DNA of 63,268 nucleotides, counting the filler, from Octopus bimaculoides (taxonomy: Eukaryota): the NCBI RefSeq assembly GCF_001194135.2. It is 4 parts of 4 records of this genome, joined end to end, with 100 filler letters (N's around TTAATTAATTAA, not from the genome) between each part and the next. Parts side by side here need not be neighbours in the genome. Positions count along the whole stretch, not along the records: positions 26,893 to 54,220 come from NC_068985.1; positions 54,321 to 58,934 come from NC_068982.1; 2 more parts are not named here. One strand, 5' to 3'. The notes below the pieces were generated by a model, which searched no databases, had not been told where the DNA came from, and saw nothing but the letters and a program-made list of their open reading frames with translations. The position numbers were made by a program, and so were the translations under genes. Shown in pieces: positions 41,340 to 54,354 of this stretch (its first letter is position 1; each line of letters opens with the position of its first letter).

Positions 41340-41625
41340 GCTGACTAGGTCCACCAGTGCTCTCCATCATTTGTAATCCCATACCAGCCCTTCCGCATCT
41401 TCTGAGATGATGTTGAGTCTCTGGAGATCTTCCCCAATCATGTTCAGCCATCTGGTGCAGAGCCTGCCCTGAGACCTCTTCCAGCCTGTAGCCGCCATGT
41501 TGAATGAGAGTAAAGCCCTGGTAGAATGACCTAGTAGGAGACAGAGAATATGTCCATACCAGCTCATGCAATGGATAGCTATGAGGTGGGAGGCTGCTGG
41601 CTGATGCTTCTGTGTAGCTTCCATC
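41340..41625 (-). mobile_element. LINE (RTE/L2-like) ORF2 C-terminal remnant
   Basis: SWYGHILCL..GWKRSQGRLCTRWLNMIGEDL..LVWDYK*WRALV matches the WxGH..GRP..W.D..DR..WR tail. Confidence 0.75.
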
Positions 41626-43519
41626 TATCCATCACTGTGCAATAGAAAACAGACAAAAAATAATGACACAAATGAATTTATAGGGATTCTGAAATTTAAG
41701 AAGTAAAAGAAAATAAATAAAAGTTATAAAAATAATGTAAACAGAAGCCATTGAAACAATATATAAAGATGATGAAAGCAATGATAATAACATGTGGTTT
41801 TTATATATAGAATTTCAGGTTTCCTTGTACCATTACTGGAATTCAAATTCCCTTCATGTCATTGGCTGTTTCTTAATTTTGATTTAAAAAAAAACCTATG
41901 ATTTGGTAAAGGCTTCTTGTTGTTTGTTCATTGCAAGTAACAATAGCCATGATCTCAGATAATAATCTATGACATTGTTATAATATTGGTCCCAAATTTT
42001 GGCACGAGACTAGAAATTTGGTGGGTAGAGGGTAAGTCGATTACATCAACCCCTCATACTTAACTGACATATTTTATTGACTCTGAAAGAATGGAAGGCA
42101 AAGTTGACGCTGGTGGCATTTGAACTCAGAACATAAAGTTGGAAGAAACACTGCTAGGCATTCTAGTACAGTGATGATTCTGTCATTTTAGCACCGTTGT
42201 CATATTGATTTCAAATTTTGGCACAAGGCCAGCAATTTCAGGGGAGGAGTAAGTCGATTACAATGACATTGTTATAACATTGATTTTATGAACAACTAGT
42301 TAAGACTGACCTTAATGATGTTCTAGACTCATAAGACGAAATATTGTGATACAGGAATATCTCAAAACACACAAAAGTAAGAAAGCTCACCAACTATGGT
42401 GAATTATAATGTGATAAAAAAGAGAACAGTTTTACATTTCAAGAGCAGGAAACTTGATGTCTATGAAACATTAATCATTTTGCCTTGTAACAAAATAGTT
42501 TATTCCATTTTGTGGATCCTCTGTTCTTAGATTTGTCAACACTTATGGTCATCACTCAATTTCTGGGATTTGACTGTTTTACTAGAATGAAACTGATCTA
42601 CTCACTTAAGGAAGCTTATTGAAAAACCCAGCTCCCATCTATAAAGAATGTCTGTACTCCATCCACATGTGGAAGTAGTGTCCCTATTGATTATTGATCT
42701 GTGAATTATTATTGTCATTAATAATTTAATGATGAATTGCAACAAAATCCAAAGCATGATATTTATTTCTGAGAATGGCATTAAAAGCTGCAAATTTTCA
42801 AGAAAGTCATACATCTGACAGACTGTAAATTCTTATATACGATTATTTTTTCCAATGGCAACTTGCAAATTTCACACTGGCTAAAATCTTTATCTTAGAA
42901 CCTTTAGAGATGGAAATAGTATGATAAGGTGTTTAGTTCAGCTATCTACTGATTCAATTAATTGAGCTTTCACCAAAATAGTAACATTGAACAAAATCTA
43001 AATCCTGGTTTGCCTCAATATATCAACAGCAAGTCAGCCTTAAGCTATAGAAATGGGAGGGATGAATTTGAAGTTAACAGAGTGAATTAACAAAAATTGT
43101 GTCAGTTATATAAATGGCAATGGACTGTCAAAATTGTTAGATAATTAAACAACAAGCCTCGCAGTATTTAGTTAAGGCCCCTTACATATCTTTCAGGACT
43201 GACAAAATAAAGGATCATACAAATACTGGGTGGATTTAATTGACTACAGCCTATCCAAAAATATGTAGCCTTTGCTAATGGATAGCCATTTCACCTTACA
43301 TTACATCAGCTTCTTCTGAGATTGCATCCCAGACTTACATTTTTGATGCATGTTCACAACAATTTCTGGATTAGTTTTACATTAGTGACCTCAATTCTAT
43401 CATTCTGTACATTTCAGGAAATTATTGGTTTTACTCTAGCTTGCTAGAGTAAAGCCTATCACAGCATCACTTCTTATGTTTTGGCTCTAGTAAACCTAAT
43501 TGTTACATTGAAGCAGTGG

Positions 43520-43710
<191 letters not shown>

Positions 43711-45309
43711 AACATGTCTGTTTTCCTTGCTGGCATGGGTTGGACTTGATGATTTGCTATGGAGTATGGCAGTGATATATGAGTAGATATTACTTTGTTA
43801 ATGAAGGGCAGTTTCACTGATGAAACTCACAGCATAAATATACAAAACTAAGCACTCCCAAGCATTACTGGCACTCCACTGGCTTTCTAGGGTACATATG
43901 TATACAGAGGTTAAAGCCACAAGGAGCAGTTGGATTCTGGAGCAAGCATGTATCTTAATCTTTGATCTTTGGGACTGCAATCATAATGGAGCAGTACCTT
44001 AAAAGGATTTAGTTCAGCATATCAACCCTAGTAATTATTTTAAATCTAGTTCTTATTCTATCAGGCTCTTTTGCCAAACTGTTATGATACTTGGATGTAA
44101 ACAAACCAAACTGGCTGTCAGACATGGAGGTACAAAAGCAGATGCAAAGATACACACACATGATGGACTTCCATACAGTTTCCATCTACCAAATCCACTC
44201 ATAAGACATTGGTTGGCCTGGGCTATAATAGAAGATGCTTTCTCAAGGTACCACATAGCGGGACTGAACATGAAACCACGTGGCTGCAAAGCGGTTTAAT
44301 CACACAGCAACACTTACATCTATGTACTGGATTCTGAGTGAGCATTTTGGATGGCTATAGACTGAATAAACCCTTCTCGGTTTAGTATTTAGAAGTGCAA
44401 ATGATGTGATAAGGACATATGGGAGATAATTTGCCTGGCAGTGATTATCAGTTGAATAACACAGAAGAGTCATAGGAGCTCATTGCCAGTTGTCCAGCTC
44501 CAGCTATAATGAATTTAAAACACTTTGGTTAATCTTTATCTTTTATCTTTTGCCTGTTTCAGTCATTAGACTGCAGCCATACTGGGGCACCATCTTGAAG
44601 AATTTTCTTAGTTGAATGAATTGACCCCAGTGCATTTTTTTTTGAAGCCAGTTACTTATTCTCTTGGTCTCTTTTACTGAACTGCTAAGTTACCAGGATA
44701 TAAGCAAACCAACATTGGTCGTCAAGCAGTGGTAGGGGACTAACACAAGGACAGACACACACATGTGCGGGCACACATACACACACATACACACACACAC
44801 ACACACACACGCGCGCAAATATATATATATGTATATATATACACAACAGGCTTCTTTCAGTTTTCTTCTGCCAAATTCCCTCACAAGGCTCTGGTTAGCC
44901 CAAGGCTATAGTAGAAGATAGTTGCCCAAGATGCTACGCAGTGGAACTGAACCCAGAACCATGTGGTTAGGGAACAAATTCTTATCATATAACCACACCT
45001 GTGCCTATAATGTTAAAAATCAATTATATAGTGTTTCCTTTGCTTTCAACATCGGTTGTTGTTTTTATCCCTGCTCAGCCCTGAAGTAAGAAACCAATGA
45101 TCAAAAGCATACCAACTATGACCATTCCACCCTTTGCTTCAAACTCAGTCAATCAATGACAACTTTATTCAATAAGTCCTTCTGTTTTTGAAGTTGATAG
45201 ACTGGCTTCTATTTTTAGTAGAGTATGTTACTACATAGAACTTACTTGTCTGCCCTTATTCCACATGGTACCTATTCATAGTTTGGTGAGCTGAGTGAAT
45301 GAGCATTAA

Positions 45310-45523
45310 CACTTTAACATTCAGATTACTCTGTTGAATCTAATGCTTATTTATTCATAATGTTTTGAATTAATCATCTTGTAGCTTTGGGATTTTGATG
45401 ATGTGTTTGTGTATTTTAAGACCAACATTGGTAGGTAAGTGTGAGAGGCCTGATCTGGCAAGTTTGAGTACAAAACAGACAGAATATTTTGGGCCTGATA
45501 TAACTTGTTTAAATCCTAAATGA
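45310..45523. mobile_element. Second, more decayed copy of the same piggyBac-like MITE
   Basis: Collinear with 40566-40787 (cattcagattactc..taagtgtgagaggc..); TTAA flanks. Confidence 0.7.
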
Positions 45524-45585
45524 TTAAGTGTCTTACAATAGACATGGTATAATTTGGTAATAAAATTTCTTTCTCAAATCAAACT

Positions 45586-46064
45586 GACTCATAAGGGCCA
45601 GTTTCCTGCTTTCCATGGTGTATAAATTCCCCTCCTGAATGGGATACCAATCCATCACAGGGTTACTTTTTTTTGCCAGCTGAGTGGACTGGAGCAATGT
45701 GAAATGAAGTTTGTTGCTCAAGAACACAATACATCACCTGGTCCAGGAATCGAAACCACAATCTTACAACCATGAGTCCAACCTCCTACCCACTTAGCCA
45801 TGTGCCTCCACTAAAAAGGTAAAGTTACCTTCTTGAGTCATACAGACTCATAAGGGTTGGTTTCCCGGTTTCCATGGGATATAAATTCCCCACCTGGATA
45901 GGACACCAGTCCATTGCAGGATTACTCACCTTTGCCAGCTAAGTGGACTGGAACAATGTAAAATGAAGTATTTTGCTCAAGAATCAAAGTGTTTTGTCCA
46001 AGAATCGAAACCACAATTTTACTATCATGAGTCCAACACTCTAACCACTGAGCCATGTGCCTCC
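45586..46064 (-). mobile_element. Two tandem tRNA-derived SINE family C copies (V-SINE-like)
   Basis: Head ggaggcacatggct(a/c)agtgg..ttcgattc, gttcttgagcaa..cactt box, tail cctg(t/c)gatggact..cc. Plus-strand relatives at 8034-8278 and 19655-19825. Confidence 0.75.
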
Positions 46065-46679
46065 ATGATTTGGTGATAGAACAGAGCTGGTCAACTTCTC
46101 AGCTAGTAAACTGACACTGAATAACATCAAACAGTTATGACTCTACATATTGTTTTTTTTAAAGGTGATTGAAAGATGAAGAATAACCAAAAGTAACTGA
46201 AGTTGATGTAGATAAGTGAGGAGAAAATTTAACAAAAATAGAAAGAGAAGACAAAGAAGACAAACATAAGAAGAGAGACATTGGAATTGAATGTGAAGCA
46301 GGGAAATATATGTGATTTAATGAGCATGAGGATAATATAGAGAAGAAAGAGAATATCAATTGATGACTTGATTGTAAGTCCAGCAACATAACAACAACAA
46401 CAACAAGAGCAGCAACATTTGTAAAGGTGTGTTCTGAATATACTGCAGGTGGGATAGAGGAATAATGATCTGTTAAAAGTAAATATTTCATCAGATGCTA
46501 CATTATAGAAGAGAAACCATCCCGATAGTTGTGAACTAATCAGTAGGGATGGCCTCTATTGTTTGATGTTAATGGTTCATTGTATGTTGGGTTGGAACTG
46601 AGAAGAAAGGCTACAAGATGGCTTGAAAGAAAGAGAAAGAAAGTAGAGAGCAAGAACATGTAGAGAAATGTGGGAAGAA

Positions 46680-46950
<271 letters not shown>

Positions 46951-47339
46951 TAAAGAGAGAGGAAGACATAGTTAGAGGTACTTAGGTAAAGAGAGCTAAA
47001 GATAAATTGAAAAATATATATATACATATATAGAGAGGATAGAAATAGTTGTGTAGACATAAATATGGCTATCTGGTAAGAAGTTTGCTTTCCAGCCATA
47101 TCATTTTAGGCTCAGACCCACTGCATGGCACCTTGGGCAAGTGTTTTCTATCATAGCCCTGGGTCAATCAAAGCCTTGTGTGTAGATTTAGTTGTATCTG
47201 CGTGCATGTGTGTGTGTGTGTGCGCGTGTGTGTGTGTGTGTGTAGGCCAGTTCAGAATAGTTTGCCTCTGGATCAGCTTAAATAAACTATTAGATTACAA
47301 TGGTATTGAGGATTTTGTCCTGTTCATTAAAAGTGTGTG

Positions 47340-48300
47340 TGTGACACAGCAAAGGTATCCTATTGTACACAGTGAACTGTTACAAGCATTTATTTTGTAA
47401 GGAATGTCTTGCTTATACCACTAGTAACTTCAATGAAGAAAAGTCATCCGTCATCATTTTCTATACTTTTTCTGGTGATGTGATAGGCATCCTTCAGTCA
47501 TCCATCCAATCAAGATTCATTTTTATTCACAAACTGACCATGTGAGAGACTGCTACATAGTCTGTTTCTAATGTCAAAGTGTAAGACAGTCATGAGCAAA
47601 GTGAAGCCTACAGAATTTTTTCAATGAAACACCTAACAAAGAGTTACCATTAACTTGTTTTAGTAATGCAGCCTGACCAAATGATGAGCCAGATCTCATG
47701 TAAACCACTTCTGCAAAACGCTTGTCCATGTATGGTTTAAGAAGATTGTATGCTTCTTGGTATATTGCGCACATCCTCCCTGCAATACACTAGAGATTCT
47801 CAAATAATATTGGCTTTTGGACAGTGTTAAAAAGTTGTCACAAATAAAAACACACACAATTGTTGGAGCAGGCAGTGTCAACATGTCCAATATCATCTCT
47901 TGCCCTGACATTTTTGTATTCATCTTTGAAATAAACATGCTTCCTTAAATTTCATGTCTTCCAATAAGTTCAGGTATTGCAGATTGGGACCTCTGTATAC
48001 AGGAGGGATCATGCAGATTCATCTTGTTGGCAAGGAGTGGGAAAAAAGTGGTTAGAGTAGTGTCAGGTGGCACTCATATCAATTGAAGAGCTGTAATCTC
48101 AATAAAGTGTCCTTTCAGCCAATTCTCCAGATGCACTGCTAGACTGAGCACTGTTGGATGGCATTAGTGGATGTCTGCTATAAAGAATTTCTAGACTGCC
48201 TCATTGCTGGACATATACCAGCATAGCAGATACAGTTTGACTCCATGCAATCCACCATTATGGCATTCCTTGTCAGTAGTAAAGGCAACTTTATCACTAC
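47340..48300 (-). mobile_element. Heavily decayed non-LTR (RLE-class) retrotransposon, post-RT region
   Basis: Remnants MKF(L)GSMF (KFLG-like), FLTLSKS..SVLQGG (GGLG-like), LSHGQFV; many stops. Confidence 0.5.
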
Positions 48301-48301
48301 C

Positions 48302-48505
48302 CTTTTTACTCTTTTACTCTTTTACTTGTTTCAGTCATTTGACTGCAGCCATGCTGGAGCACCGCCTTTAGTCGAGCAAATCGACCCCAGGACTTATTCT
48401 TTATAAGCCTAGTACTTATTCTATTGGTCTCTTTTTACCGAACCGCTAAGTTACGGGACCTAAACACACCAGCATCGGTTGTCAAGCAATGGTGGGGGGA
48501 CAAAC

Positions 48506-48538
<33 letters not shown>

Positions 48539-48711
48539 CATATATACAATAGGCTTCTTTCAGTTTCCGTCTACCAAATCCACTCACAAGGCTTTGGTCG
48601 GCCCGAGGCTATAGTAGAAGACACTTGCCCAAGGTGCCACACAGAGGGACTGAACCCGGAAGCATGTGGTTGGTAAGCAAGCTACTTACCACACAGCCAT
48701 TCCTGCGCCTT
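48302..48711 (-). mobile_element. SINE family A, full-length
   Basis: Same head, body and tail. Confidence 0.9.
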
Positions 48712-49182
48712 ATTGATATTCTTGGATCTTTTTTAAAACAGGGGCCACATTTTTCATTAATGTTTTACGTAGTGTTTTTGGTACCGAAAGACTTTCAAAC
48801 TTCGTATACTTATCTATTTTGTGTTATAGAACAGAAAAATATTTTTGTATTCGAATTTATTTCATGTAAAAAAATTGTCTTATTTCGATAATTTCAACCA
48901 ATCACTGACAAGTATTCAGTTGTTTACATTTACTCCTTTGGCTGATTAAGCCATAGCTTCGTTTTAAAATCTTACATGCAGATTCTACATGGACTATGGA
49001 TGAGTTGGACTTTTTTTTTTGTGGGGTGGGGTTCTAAGATATTTAGATTGTCATCCTTATTAGATACCTCCATAGAAATTATCATTACAATATGATTTAG
49101 TCACTATAGATCAGTGTATCAGAGTAAAGAAGTCCTCTCTTCTGACATTTAATAAAACTCACAAAGATTCTCCTGTCTTTAA

Positions 49183-49404
49183 CCCTTTTGATACCAAGAA
49201 ACCTGAAACTGCTCTTGGTCCTGAAGTACAAATATCTTGTTTTCAAAAGATCTGAATTAAAATCTTCCACCAAACCTTAGTTACAATTTATGTTCCTAGC
49301 ACTAGCTTAATGACAATTAAGTTATTTTATTAAATTCTTTGTTATATTTGAAATTAATTGAAAGAAACGCAGAGCATCTAAACAGAAATATGGTAACAAA
49401 AGGG
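49183..49404. mobile_element. piggyBac-like MITE, different family
   Basis: TTAA-cccttttgatacca ... tggtaacaaaaggg-TTAA. Confidence 0.78.
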
Positions 49405-50169
49405 TTAAGAAACTAAAGTGGCTTCCCTTACTAATCATGGAACATCCAAGCAATGAAATCAGGATAAATTTTTTGGTTCCTCTTATTGAAATATTTCAAC
49501 AATTCCTGTCGATCTTGTGTTATAGGGAATGTAATAAGACCTAGCTGACCAAACTTTCTCAACTTTTTTGGCATCTCATTGCATCTGAGTCTATTCATTC
49601 TTACAACAGAATCCTCCTGTGATGGTTCTCTGTAGTGTTATCATCTCAAAGAAAATTCAGTCTTCTGCTTGCAACTAGTCTTTGTTCCTTCACAGGAATC
49701 CCAGCCTTTCTGCTTCACTTTTGATATATGTGTTCACAACAAACTGATTGGTTACTTCACAGCATCACAGAATTTGGTTAAACTTATTTTCTATCATGAA
49801 ATGAAAGCTGTAGACTCTTATGCTGGTAATTGCTCAGCTGCTTTCTCATCCTGTTCCAAGGTAAATCCATTGCAGGCATAAATGCTAATTATATTTACCT
49901 TTCCCGAAGATAGGAGGGTATTATAATGAGCCACAGGAATTGTGTGGTTCACATATACTGTCCAAATGTCCACTCCATTTTTCGCCAAACAATGTCATGT
50001 CACTATTGCTGTTGATCAACTATTATGATTATAATTTCATCATTGATAAGTTTTGTTACACTCGTGTTCATGTTCTTCACTTGAACAGTTGTTTGCCTTG
50101 ACCAGAATTTTGTGATTCCTGACATTATTTACGTGTTCCAGTGCATTTTGAAGACATTAAAATATGTAT

Positions 50170-50555
50170 GTTGTTATATTTTGGGATAGTAATTTATTTT
50201 CTTTTTTTTTTCTTGAATAATAAACATAAGCACTATATATTTGTGCTTCACTCATTTATTATTGTTCTTATTTTATCTTATGTCCATTGTCTGGAAATCT
50301 TTCATCACACATCTGTGACCTCTTCAGTGACTCTTCCATCCCATGTGTATCCTTCTGTTCTGTTTAGTCCATTCTGATGGAAGAGTCACTGAAGATGTCA
50401 CAGATGTATGACGAAAGATTTCCAGACAATGGACATAAAATTAAATAAGAACAATAATAAACAAGTGTAGAACCAATATATAGTTTGTGTGTTTATTTGT
50501 CAAGAAAAATAAAAGAAAAAAAGAAAAATGACCATCCCGAAATATAACAATATCT
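50170..50555. repeat. Long inverted repeat (foldback): ~170-180-bp arms, 35-bp loop
   Basis: 50170-50340 is the reverse complement of 50376-50555. The inner 60 bp differ at 3 positions; the outer part is more diverged. Confidence 0.92.
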
Positions 50556-51334
50556 GTTTCAACACACAATTTCACATCAGGAATCTTGCAAAACAGATTC
50601 ATAAACAGAATATGTATGACTGCTTTTAATTTCATGACTGCATACAACTGCAATCCACTAATTACATTGGTGCCTTTTTGTTGGATTCCTCTTTCACTGT
50701 CATCCATAATGTAAACCTGCACATTGACAAGCCCAAAGAGTTGTTTCAAGCCATATGTTGTTGCTGCTCAAATTGATTACCAATCATTTAAGAGTGTACT
50801 AGGTGTGGCACTGGCACAGTTGGGGTTGCTTTGCATGGAACAGATTTATTATTCTATTAAATACCTGTACCAAAATGATACTCTACTCTGTTGCACATTA
50901 TATCTGATTCCTCTTATATTCCACTTTTCTCTTTTGGGGGTCAATTAAATAAGTACCAGTTATGCACTGGGGTTGATGTAATCGACTTAATCCTTTCCCC
51001 CAAATTTGAAGCCTTGTGCTTTCAGTAAAAAGGATTATTATTATTGTGAGTTTACTTCTCAGAGATCTTGGTCTTACTTGTTCTGGTTGATTCTGTGAGA
51101 GAGGACAGCAGTCTATTGTCAGAGGTCTCACAGGGTCTCTTTCCACAAATTATAAGCTTTGCTACTTGGATGTTAACTTATTATGGAACTGATCTTTCCT
51201 TCATTCTTATATCTATATAGAAACCTTTGAAGCTACTTTCATAACACCCATGTATGATGTAATGTTATCAGTGCTATTTGCTTTATATCATTATATCAGC
51301 CTAGTATTTAACAGCTTTGGACAGCTGTTACGCT

Positions 51335-51389
51335 TGCATGGCTAAAGCTTTGAGACAAGCATATGACTACTGGCAGGATCAACCAGGTA
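51335..51389 (-). rRNA. Orphan 18S rRNA 5'-end fragment (pseudogene)
   Basis: TACCTGGTTGATCCTGCCAGTAGTCATATGCTTGTCTCAAAGCTTTAGCCATGCA: 53/55 identical to the canonical eukaryotic 18S 5' end as I recall it. No rest of an rDNA unit nearby. Confidence 0.88.
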
Positions 51390-52160
51390 TCGCCTGTTCG
51401 ATGTCAATGAGACAAAACTCTGTAATTTTTCACTCTTCCCTACAGGTCTTTTATTTTTTTTTATTTATTTCAGTCATTGGATTGTGGCCATGCTGGGGCA
51501 TTACCTTGAAGGATTTTATCCAAAGGAATCGAGCCCAGTACTTAATTTTTTTAAAGCCTGGTACTTAATCTATCAATCTCTTATGTTGAGCTGCTAAATG
51601 ATGGGGATGTAAACAAACCAACGCCAGTTGAAAAGCAGTGGTGAATGACAAGACTCCACACATAGATACACACACATACACGTACGTACATACACAAGCA
51701 CACTCACATGCACACACACACACATAGTGGGCTTCTTTCAATTTCCATTTACCAAATTCATCCACAAGCCATTGGTTGGCTTAGAGTTGTAGTAGACACT
51801 TGCTCAAGGTACTGTGCAGTGGGACTGAACCTGGAACCATCTGGTTGGGAAGCAAACTTTTTACCATACATCACTGTCTATCCCTGAGTTGTGTATATTG
51901 CTTTCTTCTATTGTTTAATTCTTTTATTCTTTTACTTGTTTCAGACATTTGACTGTGGTCATGCTGGAGCACCACCTTAAAGGGTTTTAGTCAAAGAAAT
52001 CAACCCCAAGACTTATTCTTTGTAAGCCAAGTACTTAATCTATCAGTCTATTTTGCCAAACCACTAAGTTACAGGTACATAAACACACCAACATCGGTTG
52101 TCAAGTGATGGTGGGGGGGGGTAAAAACATACAATACACACATACACATAACTAGATATA

Positions 52161-53390
52161 CAGGGTGCGGTGATTAAATTGTCATCTAAGTTACTCAAAA
52201 ATGAAAATAACACTGACATCTCATTTTAACAGATATATTTGCCAAAATTACATTAAAATATCTTGAAATGCTAAGAAGTAAATTTATTCAATAAAATCGC
52301 CATTGGTTTCAACCACAGCCTCCAGACAACATCAGAATTTCCTGTAACTCTTCTGGATAGTCTCCTCGTTTAAGTTGGGTGAATGCTGCCATAATCTTTG
52401 CCTTCAGTTCATCTTTAGTCTTACAAGGAGTTTTGTTGGTCTCTCGCTCAACTGCACCCCACACAATAATCAAGGGGGTTGCAGTCTGGGGAGATAGGTG
52501 ACCAGATTTTAGGGTGGATGCGGTTGCAGAAATTGTATGACAGCCATAACCGGGTTCTCCTGCTTGTGTGGCACGGTGCAAAATCCTGTTGTTAGATATA
52601 GGGTCTTTTAGCAGCTACTCTCTTGACCCAAGGCAGCACTACCTCCTCCAGGCACTTGATGTAAGCCTCTGTGTTGAGTCTGAGGCAATGTGGGAAGACG
52701 AATAGAGGTATAACATCACCATTACTAGTGATTTTGGGGGAACATAGCAAGCCAACAGTTGTCCTGTGTGTTCACCATCCGATCCAGGCAGAAATATTTA
52801 TCATCTTAGAAAAACCAGGAGGAGATGCTTGAGTTTGTTCAAAAGCTTCGTAGCATAGTCTTTCCTCTTGCCCTTGTTGGCTTGGGATAAAAATTGTACC
52901 TTTCTCATCTTGAATGCGGAATACCGAATATCTGCATGCACATCCTACCTGATAAGAAACTCAGACACTCCCATGTCTCTAGTGATGGACCTGTTTGACT
53001 TGGAGGGATGGTTGTCAATCATGGCCTGGATCTCACCAACAAATTCAGGAGTTCTTTTCTTATCAGAATGATCAAAGTGAGTTTTCTGAGCTGCTATACC
53101 TTAGTAATCACCACTAGATTCATCCAACTCTTTCCAAATCCTCTGCACTGTTCTCAGATAGACATCCAAACACTCTGGAATGTTCATACTGGAGCTTTCA
53201 GCATATATGTCAAGCAGAACAGCATGTCATTTCCAAATTTCTGGGTGAGTGAATTGCATCATGGTGCTGTTTTTCTCACAGATGGTGCCCAACTGATCCT
53301 ACAATACTGTGTCGTCGACTAAAAAAACAAACAATATGCATGTGCAAAATTAAAAATATAAAATGGTGACACTTTACCCATTGCACCCTG
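52161..53390 (-). mobile_element. Near full-length decayed maT-type transposon
   Basis: TIRs cagggtgcggtgattaaattgtca / cagggtgcaatgggtaaagtgtca, TA on both flanks. Remnants RTPEFVGEIQAMIDNHPSKSNRSITRDMGVSEFLIR and VWGAVERETNKTPCKTKDELKAKIMAAF. Confidence 0.9.
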
Positions 53391-54320
53391 TACACACACG
53401 CATGCACACACACACACACACATACAACAGGCTTCTTTCAGTTTCCATCTACCAAATCTATTCACAATGCTTTGGTCAACCCAAGACTATAGTAGAAGAC
53501 ACTTGTCTAAAGTGCCATTCAGTAGGACTGAACCTGGAACCATATGGTTTTTCTTCTCAATGTTCATGGCATATAGCTAAAGCTAACTTCAGCATTTTGC
53601 TTGTTTAATAGTTTTCAGTATTCATGTCCAGTGAGAGGTGTTTAACTATATGTGATTTCACTTTGAGACTGAATGGCTAGCTGAACCAGGTTATATATTG
53701 TACCCCCAGCTAAGGGTTGCATTTTTCCATTTGTTAACTTTGTTGGCAGTTAGAACTGAATTGAGCTGGATTTCAAAGGACAAACATTAAAAAAAAAATT
53801 GCTTTAGTTTTAGAAAATTGTTCAATTTGTAATCCAAGCACACAAAAAAAAAAAGAAAAACAAATTGAGATAATTTTAAGAGATATTTATATTATATTAT
53901 ATTGTATTACATTTCACTAATTTAAACAAATTGTGCACACCCCATCCTAAAAAGAAACAAAGCTAAATAATAAAGAAACAAATACAAAAGGAAAATTGCT
54001 GTAATTTTGTATGTATGAAATTAAATTAGATTTAATAATATAATAATAACCATTATATTTTAATATTTTATTATATAAATATTCCTATGAAGTCTTAAAT
54101 GATGTAAACTGTTGAACAACATGTTCCTCCCTTTCATGTGTATATGTGCAAGTAAGCAAGCACATGTACATATACATAAATATACATATATATTTATATA
54201 CATATATATATATATATATANNNNNNNNNNNNNNNNNNNNNNNNNNNNNNNNNNNNNNNNNNNNTTAATTAATTAANNNNNNNNNNNNNNNNNNNNNNNN
54301 NNNNNNNNNNNNNNNNNNNN

Positions 54321-54354
<34 letters not shown>

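Noticed and set aside
51317-51568. ORF MDSCYACMAKALRQAYDYWQDQPG..
   Set aside because: Antisense translation of the 18S 5' fragment running into a SINE.
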